Shown: one piece after another, positions 57,035 to 64,000 of the stretch
Numbering within the stretch: the first letter of the stretch is position 1
Layout: each line of letters begins with the position of its first letter
From: an uncultured Acidobacteriota bacterium
GTDB taxonomy: Bacteria; Acidobacteriota; Vicinamibacteria; Vicinamibacterales; 2-12-FULL-66-21
Assembly (NCBI GenBank): GCA_963847975.1
Contig: CAWKBU010000018.1
Coordinates: 386,129-450,128 of the forward strand
DNA: 64,000 nucleotides
Direction: 5' to 3'
Translations under genes and position numbers: made by a program
The notes under the pieces: generated by a model
The model's input: only the letters and a program-made list of their open reading frames with translations
What the model was told of the DNA's origin: nothing
Databases searched by the model: none

Positions 57035-57466
57035 TTACTGAATGACCGCGCCGGTCGCCTTCAGCTGATACGTCTGCGACGCCTTCGCGTCGTGCTTGGC
57101 GTGCTCGTCTCGCCGCTTCTTTCGATTCCGCACCGAGCCGACGGCTTCGAACACACCTTCGGCGGACACTTTCCGGCCCTTCGCCGTCACCGGAAACACG
57201 ATCACGCCATCGTCGACCTTGAGCCGCACCGTGGGGCCCTGCTCGTCACCCTCGGCGGCCACTGCCATCCAGCATCCCATGTGCGTGCACACGGCGGTTG
57301 CCACGCCGTCGACGCGAAGCGTCTTGCCCACGTAGGCTGAGGGCTGATCGACGATCGCCTTGATCGGGGTCGAGTCTTTCAGGTTGACGCCCGTGCCGAG
57401 CTTGGTTTCACCTGCCGCGAGCGGCGCGACGAGCGCGAAGACTCCGATGGCCAGCAACGCTTTCAT
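57035..57466 (-). CDS. DUF4920-family secreted protein
   Basis: 143 aa with a signal peptide and ...VCTHMGCWMAV.... GGAGG SD. Confidence 0.7.
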   Translation of the reverse strand: MKALLAIGVFALVAPLAAGETKLGTGVNLKDSTPIKAIVDQPSAYVGKTLRVDGVATAVCTHMGCWMAVAAEGDEQGPTVRLKVDDGVIVFPVTAKGRKVSAEGVFEAVGSVRNRKKRRDEHAKHDAKASQTYQLKATGAVIQ

Positions 57467-57535
57467 CCAATCCTCCAGAAATCGTGACTTTCGAGGGTAT
57501 CATGACCTGATTCACTACGTCGAGCCGTCGCCACC

Positions 57536-57611
57536 GCACTTCCCACTTCGACTTCACTTCAAACTTCAACTTCAAACGTCACTTCAAACGCATTCAGACT
57601 TCAGACTTTCT
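57536..57611 (+). repeat. NNNTTCA heptamer repeat tract (copy C) directly upstream of the uup start
   Basis: cacttcccacttcgacttcacttcaaacttcaacttcaaacgtcacttcaaacgcattcagacttcagactttctg. It shares acttcaaacgtca and a 19-nt tcagacttcagactttctg with copy A. Confidence 0.8.
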
Positions 57612-57614
57612 GTT

Positions 57615-59574
57615 GTGCCCCTACTTACCCTGGACCGCGTCTCGCTTTCCTTCGGCCACCTCCCACTCTTCGACGACGCCAGCCTGCGGATCGAAGCGGG
57701 GGAGCGCATCTGCCTGATCGGTCGCAACGGGACCGGCAAATCGAGCCTGCTCAAGGTCATTGCCGGCGACGTCCCGCCCGACGGCGGATCGATCTGGCGG
57801 GCTCCGGGGCTGCGGGTCTCGCGGCTCGATCAGGACGTGCCAGGGGCCGCCGACCGCACGGTCTTCGACGAGGTGGCGGCCGGGCTTGGGATCGCTCGGG
57901 GCGCTCGTCGCGCAGTACCACCATGCCGCCGTGGAGGTGGCCGAAGCCGGCGCGGATAGCGCCGCGAGTCTCGACCGGCTGGGTGAACTCCAGCACGAGC
58001 TCGAGGAGCGCGACGGCTGGCGGCTCGAACAGCGGGTCGAAACCGTCGTCTCACGGCTGTCGCTGCCGGCGGAACGGTCGCTCGGCGAGCTCTCGGGTGG
58101 ATGGCGCCGCCGGACCCTGCTCGGCAAGGCGCTCGTTTCCCAGCCCGACTTGCTGCTGCTCGACGAGCCGACGAACCACCTCGACATCGACGCGATCCAG
58201 CTGGCTCGAAGGAGTACCTGCGGGAGTTCTCGGGCGCGTTGCTGTTCGTGACCCACGACCGGGCCTTTCTCTCGGCGCTCGCCACGCGGATCGTCGACCT
58301 CGACCGCGGCACGCTCACTTCGTGGCCGGGCGCTGTACTCGAGCTATCTGGACAAGAAGGCAGAGGCGGAAAACGCCGACGCCCGGGCGCTCGATCGCCT
58401 CGACAAGAAGCTGGAGAAGGAGGAGGCATGGCTGCGCCAGGGCGTCAAGGCGCGCCGGACGCGCAACGAAGGCCGAGTGCGCGCACTGCTGGCGCTCAGG
58501 GCCGAACGCGCCGCGCAGCGGGCGACGAGCGGAGACGTGCGGCTGACGGTGGACGCCACCGAGTCGTCTGGACGGCTCGTCTTCGAAGCGGATCACGTCT
58601 CCAAGTCGTTTGGTGGTGTCCCGGTTGTGCGCGACTACACCCAGCGCATCCTGCGGGGCGATCGCATCGGCCTCATCGGTCCGAACGGGTCGGGCAAGAC
58701 GACGCTCCTCAAGCTGCTGGTGGGGGACCTCGAGCCGGACGCGGGCACGATCGCTCGCGGGGCCCGGGTGCGGATCGCGCTACTTCGATCAGCAGCGAGC
58801 CGAGCTCGATCCCGAGCAGTCGGTCGCTGACAGCGTCAACGACGGCAACGACACCGTGATCATCAACGGCGAGCCGCGCCACATCATCGGTTACCTCGCC
58901 GACTTCCTCTTTCCGCGGGAGCGTGCCGTCTCGCCGATCAAGTCGCTGTCGGGCGGCGAGCGGAACCGCTTGATGCTGGCCCGTCTGTTCGCCCGTCCGG
59001 CCAACGTCCTCGTCATGGACGAGCCGACCAACGATCTCGACATCGAGACGCTCGAGCTTCTCGAGGAGCTGATCGCCGACTTTCCCGGCACGGTGCTCCT
59101 CGTGAGCCACGACCGCGCGTTTCTCGACAACATCGTGACGAGCACCCTGGCGTTCGAAGGGAACGGGCGCGTGGTCGAGTACGTCGGTGGCTGGGGTGAC
59201 TATCTGAGGCAGACGAGAGCAGCGCGCTGCGGTCCGAGATGCGCGGCGCCTGCGGCGACCGCGGCGCGAGCGACGGGCGCAGGTCACCCGCGAGCGACAA
59301 AGCGGCGGCGCGTCGAAGCGCGCCGGAGGTTGCCGCGCAGCGCAAGCTCTCCTTCAAGGAACAGCGCGAGTTCGAGTCGCTGCCGGCGCGCATCGAAGCC
59401 CTGGAAGAAGAACAGCGCCGGCTGACCGAAGAATCCGTCGCGCCCGACTTCTACAAGTCGGGCGGCGATCACATCAGCGGTGTGCTCGCGCGCATCGAGC
59501 GCATCGCAGCGGAGCACGAGGCGGCGCTGGCCCGCTGGCTGGAGCTCGAGGAGCGGGCGGTTCCGCGCCCCTAG
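57615..59574 (+). pseudogene. uup: ABC-F family ATPase Uup, about six apparent frameshifts
   Basis: Stitched from ORFs 57360-57959, 57760-58251, 58101-58859, 58477-58830, 58610-59425 and 59239-59574. Walker A GRNGTGKSS and GPNGSGKTT, signatures LSGGWRRR and LSGGERNR, ...[14 protein letters not shown]..., C-terminal [24 protein letters not shown] coiled coil. Colinear with my memory of E. coli Uup. The joins are near 57888, 58201, 58211, 58333, 58778 and 59215-59330. Confidence 0.8.
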
Positions 59575-59584
59575 TTCCGGGCCG

Positions 59585-60139
59585 TCACTCGAACGATTTC
59601 GTGAACAGCTCTTCGATCGCGCGGCGGCTGTTGTCCTGGAGCTGCCGCGTGCCCGTCCCGGTGAAGTGCGGGTGCGTGATCACCGGCGCGTCGGTCCCGC
59701 GACTCTTCCAGTCCGCGCCTGTCCACTCGAACCAGCCGTCCTTTTCCTGATCGAAAACGAAGAGCGGCTTGTTGCACAGCTTCGCGAACTCGGCGCCCCA
59801 GCCCGTTCCCCCGCGCACGGTCCCGTCGTCGAGGATCGCGCCGACGACGTAAATCTCCTGACCGTTGTTGACCTGATACCAGAGCGTCTGGAGGACTTTC
59901 CGGATCGTCGGACTGTCGGTATAGCGCCGGTGCATCAGCCGCGCCACGTACTCGAGGCTGACGTCTCCAGCCTGGAGCTCCTCGTGGTTCAGCACGCGGA
60001 TCCCCCGGCTGCGGACATCCTTGTGACCGTCGAAGGTGAAGTTGACCTCCTCGATCCCGTGACGTTCGGCGCATGCCCCGAACTCGGCTTCGGCCCCGGC
60101 AGCGGCGCCGCTGAACAGAATGAAGTCAGTTTTGTGCAT
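59585..60139 (-). CDS. LOG/SLOG-superfamily-like Rossmann protein, unknown function
   Basis: 184 aa: ...ILFSGAAAGAEAEFGACAERHG... and ...VRGGTGWGAEFAKLCNKPLFVFD..., which resemble the two glycine-rich motifs of LOG/SLOG/DprA-like folds. Assignment is tentative. Confidence 0.45.
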   Translation of the reverse strand: MHKTDFILFSGAAAGAEAEFGACAERHGIEEVNFTFDGHKDVRSRGIRVLNHEELQAGDVSLEYVARLMHRRYTDSPTIRKVLQTLWYQVNNGQEIYVVGAILDDGTVRGGTGWGAEFAKLCNKPLFVFDQEKDGWFEWTGADWKSRGTDAPVITHPHFTGTGTRQLQDNSRRAIEELFTKSFE

Positions 60140-60156
60140 GATGGAATGTCAGGACA

Positions 60157-60960
60157 CTAACGCGGTTTCCGAGCGGCCTTCGGCGTCGATCGCGCGACGG
60201 TCTTGCGCGCGACGGTCTTGCGAGCGGCGGTCTTGCGCGGCGGCTTGGCCGTCGTGCCCCGCTGAGCCTTCAGGGCCGCCGCCTTCTTGATGATATCGGC
60301 GAGCATCGCGCCCGTCTCGCCGGTTTTGGCGGGACGGTTGCTGACCCAGACGTCGGGGTTGTCGGCGGCGAGGATGTCTTCGAAGTCGCCGTCGCTCTTG
60401 ACGCTGCGCGGCGCGAACTCGGCGATGTCGAGCGCGCCGGCCCAGTCGTCGCGGTGCTTGATGAGCAGCCAGCTCTTCGCACCGTCGCCGCCGTAGCTGC
60501 CGAACCGGCCGCTCGTCCGCACGAGGACCCACGATCCCTTGAGCTTGTAGCCGTCGAGCGTGAATTTGAGATCGCCCTTGGCGAGCGCCGCATCGACGTC
60601 GTCGGTCTCAGGGGTCCAGGTCCCCTGGTCCCACAGCATCACGATGCCGGCGCCGTAGCCCTCGGGGATGACCCCTTCGAACGTGCCGTACTCGAACGGG
60701 TGATCCTCGACGTGCATGGCGAGGCGCTTCGTCTTCGGGTCGAGCGATGGCCCTTTGGGCACGGCCCACGAGAGCAACACGCCGTTGTGCTCGAGCCGGA
60801 AGTCGTAGTGGAGGTGACTCGCAAGGTGCTTCTGCACGCAGAAGAACAGTCCCTTGGCCGGCTTGGCGTTCCTCGCGCGCTCGGAGACCAGCTTCGGATC
60901 ACCCGCCGGCTCTGGCGTGCTGGTGAAGTTGCGTTTCTGGCGGTACTTCTCGAGAGCCAT
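60157..60960 (-). CDS. stand-alone DNA ligase D 3'-phosphoesterase (LigD-PE) domain protein with Lys/Arg/Ala-rich tail
   Basis: 267 aa: [17 protein letters not shown]...[31 protein letters not shown]...[26 protein letters not shown]. Tail [28 protein letters not shown]. Confidence 0.85.
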   Translation of the reverse strand: MALEKYRQKRNFTSTPEPAGDPKLVSERARNAKPAKGLFFCVQKHLASHLHYDFRLEHNGVLLSWAVPKGPSLDPKTKRLAMHVEDHPFEYGTFEGVIPEGYGAGIVMLWDQGTWTPETDDVDAALAKGDLKFTLDGYKLKGSWVLVRTSGRFGSYGGDGAKSWLLIKHRDDWAGALDIAEFAPRSVKSDGDFEDILAADNPDVWVSNRPAKTGETGAMLADIIKKAAALKAQRGTTAKPPRKTAARKTVARKTVARSTPKAARKPR

Positions 60961-61000
60961 ATTCGTGTATCGACAGTATGGGCGCGGTCGGTGCTCCGCG

Positions 61001-62488
61001 CTAGTTCACTTCCCCCATCATCCTCTTGACCGACGGCGACAGTAGCAACAGCAGGAAGCCGGCGACGATGCCGAGGAGCGCGATGGTCGTGAACAGCGTC
61101 GGCAGCGGCATCTGCTCGTAGAAGCCGGCGAGGCGGCCGGCGATGAAGTTGCCGACCGAGGTCGCGAGGAACCACACGCCCATCATCAGCCCGCAGATAC
61201 GCGCCGGCGCGAGCTTGGTCATGGCGCTCAAGCCGACGGGACTCAGGCAGAGCTCGCCGCAGGTGTGGAGCAGGTAGACGACGGTGAGCCAGAGGGGACT
61301 CACCTGGACGCCGCCCGCGGCGAGCTGCGAAGCCACCACCAGCACCGCGAAGCCCGCGCCCACGCTGAGCAGTCCGAACGAGAACTTGACCGGGGTCGAG
61401 GGCTCGCGCGAGCCGAGCGCGATCCAGATCCAGGCAAAGACCGGGGCCAGCATCCAGATGAACATCGAGTTCATCGATTGGAACCAGCTGCTCGGGAAGC
61501 TCCACCCGAAGACGGACGTGCGCGTATCGCGGTCGCCGAAGAGGTTGAGCGTCGAGCCGGCCTGCTCGAAGAGCGACCAGAAGAGTGCCGCGGCGAGGAA
61601 GAACAGGCCGATGACATAGAGCCGCTTGCGCTCCTCCGGCGTCCAGCCGCCCGACAGGAACAGCCAGGCAAAGAAGACGACCGTGATGATGAGGAGCATG
61701 TAGCCGGCGCCGTCGGCGACCGCCGTCACCGAAATGGCGCCGCTGTAGGCCATCACGCCGAAGACGGCGAGCGCGGCGGCGAAGACGCCTCCGATGAGCT
61801 GCACGCGGCGCCGCAGTGCCTCGCCTGCCGCGGGGGACGAGGCCGGCACCGGCTCGAGGCCGGCGGCACCAAGGTACTTCGCGCCGAGCTGATACTGAAT
61901 GACGCCGAGCACCATGCCGAAACCGGCAGCGGCAAAGCCCATGTGCCAGCTGATGCGCTGGCCGAGGTAGCCGCAGATGAGCGGGGCGATGAACGCGCCG
62001 AGATTGATCCCCATGTAGAAGATGGAGAAGCCGGCATCGCGCCGCGTGTCCTTCGCGCCATAGAGCTGACCGACGATGACGCTGACGTTGCCCTTGAGGA
62101 GCCCGGTGCCGATGACGATGAGGAAGAGACCGAGGTAGAACGTCGCCAGCGACGGGAACGCCATGCTGAAGTGCCCGCAGGCGATGATGATGCCGCCGTA
62201 GAGCACCGCGCGCCGCTGGCCGATGAGCCGGTCGGCGATCCAGCCGCCCGGAAGCGTCGTCATGTAGACCATCGACGTGTAGAGGCCGTAGACGGCGCCG
62301 GCCGTGGCGGTGTCGAACCCGAGTCCGCCGGTGGCGAGCGGCGCGGTCATGAAGAGGATGAGCAGCGCGCGCATTCCGTAGTAACTGAAGCGCTCCCACA
62401 TCTCGGTGAAGAAGAGCGTGGAGAGCCCACGCGGGTGGCCGAAGAAGGCGCGATCGTGGGCAACCGGAGCGTTCATGGCGTAAAGCAT
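61001..62488 (-). CDS. POT/PTR2-family proton-dependent oligopeptide transporter (DtpA-like)
   Basis: ...[29 protein letters not shown]..., 14 TM-like segments. The track start 62554 would overlap the divergent gene, so I prefer ATG 62488 (or 62476). Confidence 0.9.
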   Translation of the reverse strand: MLYAMNAPVAHDRAFFGHPRGLSTLFFTEMWERFSYYGMRALLILFMTAPLATGGLGFDTATAGAVYGLYTSMVYMTTLPGGWIADRLIGQRRAVLYGGIIIACGHFSMAFPSLATFYLGLFLIVIGTGLLKGNVSVIVGQLYGAKDTRRDAGFSIFYMGINLGAFIAPLICGYLGQRISWHMGFAAAGFGMVLGVIQYQLGAKYLGAAGLEPVPASSPAAGEALRRRVQLIGGVFAAALAVFGVMAYSGAISVTAVADGAGYMLLIITVVFFAWLFLSGGWTPEERKRLYVIGLFFLAAALFWSLFEQAGSTLNLFGDRDTRTSVFGWSFPSSWFQSMNSMFIWMLAPVFAWIWIALGSREPSTPVKFSFGLLSVGAGFAVLVVASQLAAGGVQVSPLWLTVVYLLHTCGELCLSPVGLSAMTKLAPARICGLMMGVWFLATSVGNFIAGRLAGFYEQMPLPTLFTTIALLGIVAGFLLLLLSPSVKRMMGEVN

Positions 62489-62540
62489 ATGACAACCCGC
62501 AGACGGTGCGTCTGGCCGTCGCCCGTGCCACAATGCCGGG

Positions 62541-63944
62541 GTGGTCCTGCTCATCTCGACCTACGACCTCGGGCGTCAGCCGTTCGGGCTCGCCTCAGCG
62601 GCGGCGGCGCTGCGGGCAGCCGGGGCCGAGGTCGTCTGCGCCGATCTCGCGAAGGAGCGCCTGAGCGAAGCGGCGGTGCGGCGCGCGACCGCGGTCGCCT
62701 TCTTTCTTCCGATGCACACGGCCACGCGCCTCGCCTTGCCGGTGATCGACCACGTGCACGCCGTCAATCCGGACCGACGACTGATCGCCTACGGCCTCTA
62801 CGCGCCGCTCAACGCCGCCCTGCTCCGCGAGCACGGCGTGTCGGTGATCATCGGCGGCGAGTTCGAGGAGTCGCTGGTCGCGAGCGTCGTGGGTGACGCG
62901 AGCGTCGTGGGCGAGACGTCCGATCTTGGTGGCCCCACGGCGGCGCCTCAAACCGCGCGTGTCCCGCGCGTCCAGTTCCTCGTTCCGGATCGTCAGGGCC
63001 TGCCGGCGCTGACGAAGTACGCGACCCTCCAGTGGGGCACCGAACGACGGACGGTCGGCTACACCGAGGCCAGCCGCGGCTGCAAACATCGCTGCCGGCA
63101 CTGTCCGATCGTTCCCGTCTACGACGGCCGATTTCGGGTCGTCCCGGTCGACATCGTCATGGCCGACGTGCGGGCGCAGGTCGCCGCCGGCGCCAGGCAC
63201 GTGACGTTCGGCGATCCCGACTTCTTCAACGGCATCGGGCACGCGCTCGCGGTCATCGAACGGTTCGCCGGCGAATTCAGCGGCGTGTCCTACGACGTGA
63301 CGATCAAGGTCGAGCACCTGATCCAGCACGCCGGCGTGCTGCCGCGCCTGCGCGACACCGGCTGCGCCTTCGTCACGACCGCGGTCGAAGCGGTCGACGA
63401 TCGCATTCTCGCGCGCCTCGAGAAGGGGCACACGCGCGCCGATTTCGAGCGGGTGGTGGCGGACACGCGCGCGGTCGGCCTCACGCTCGCGCCCACGTTC
63501 GTGGCGTTCACACCGTGGACGACGCTCGAGGGGTATTGCGATTTGCTGCAGACCATCGACCGGCTGGGGCTCGCCGAGCACGTGTCACCGGTCCAGCTCG
63601 CGATTCGGTTGCTCGTCACGGAAGGATCGCGGCTGCTGGAACTCCCGGACGTGCGGGCCGTGACGCAGCCGTTCAGCCCGCGGTCGCTGACCTATCCGTG
63701 GGTCCACGTCGATCCGCGCGTGGACGAGTTGCAGAAGCGCGTCGAAGCGTTTGTCGGCGTGAACCTGTCGGCGCCGCGGCGCGAGCTCTTTGCTCGGGTG
63801 TGGTCGCTCGCCCACGACGCCGCCGGCGTGGCGGCCGAGCAGTACGCGGAGCCAGACATCCCGGCGCGGGCGGCCATTCCCTATCTCAACGAACCCTGGT
63901 ACTGTTGAGCGGAGCCCACGTCGGAGCAGGTTGCTCTGATCTAA
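62541..63944 (+). CDS. B12-binding-like/radical SAM protein with predicted selenocysteine: C-U-A-E-P tail (TGA 63906-63908 recoded)
   Basis: CKHRCRHCP = Cx3Cx2C cluster motif. The track ORF ends ...YLNEPWYC-TGA. Read-through gives TGT TGA GCG GAG CCC ACG TCG GAG CAG GTT GCT CTG ATC TAA = C-U-A-E-P-TSEQVALI*. I remember a 'CUAEP/CCAEP-tail radical SAM (seleno)protein' family name. Confidence 0.7.
63922..63938 (+). promoter_or_regulatory. SECIS-like hairpin 13 nt downstream of the in-frame UGA
   Basis: CGGAGC-AGGUU-GCUCUG: 6 bp including one G-U, with a 5-nt apical loop containing GGU. It starts 13 nt after the UGA, comparable to bacterial SECIS placement. Confidence 0.5.
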
Positions 63945-64000
63945 CGTCACGGATAACACGGACAACGCGCGTGATTCGCGTCCTTCTCCTGTCGACGACG

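Overview
High-GC (roughly two-thirds G+C by eye) bacterial chromosomal segment. Gene content suggests an Acidobacteriota-like soil organism (inference only): ADOP-type duplicated FtsX permease, sortilin/BNR propeller protein, CRTAC1/ASPIC FG-GAP protein, a peptidase-TolB-Omp85 fusion, and many ECF, sigma54 and two-component regulators. I can support about 60 protein genes. By eye there are no rRNA or tRNA genes, no CRISPR array, and no transposase, integrase or phage genes. Main modules: (1) a minus-strand sigma54 cluster at 1-7937: OM barrel, cupredoxin/CarboxypepD_reg protein, HK, sigma54 EBP, a near-consensus -24/-12 promoter, cytochrome c lipoprotein, DUF5777-like barrel, two small Cys/His-rich cupredoxin-like lipoproteins. 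(2) An ECF sigma / anti-sigma / TlpA unit. (3) An SPFH-Arc operon with a perfect 20-bp palindromic operator. (4) cls plus an EEP-family gene. (5) A LytS/LytTR pair. (6) A TetR-controlled YbhGFSR-like ABC-2 efflux operon with an embedded TolC-like gene. (7) LemA-TPM. (8) ECF sigma plus Ser/Thr kinase-beta-propeller plus LuxR regulator. (9) Uup, LigD-phosphoesterase plus a LOG/SLOG-like protein, a POT transporter and a radical SAM gene. Points beyond routine annotation: the radical SAM ORF does not end at its TGA. Read-through gives a C-U-A-E-P tail with a SECIS-like hairpin, so it is a likely selenoprotein. Several intergenic repeat families exist: about 7-nt periodic NNNTTCA tracts with a 46-nt conserved core, a 70-nt palindromic element in two copies, and a GCGGATCAC array. 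About 24 apparent frameshifts interrupt otherwise clear genes and are strongly concentrated at 50.9-59.6 kb. At least some sit in short homopolymers, so consensus indel error is as likely as true gene decay. All function calls come from motif recognition in translated ORFs. No database search was run.
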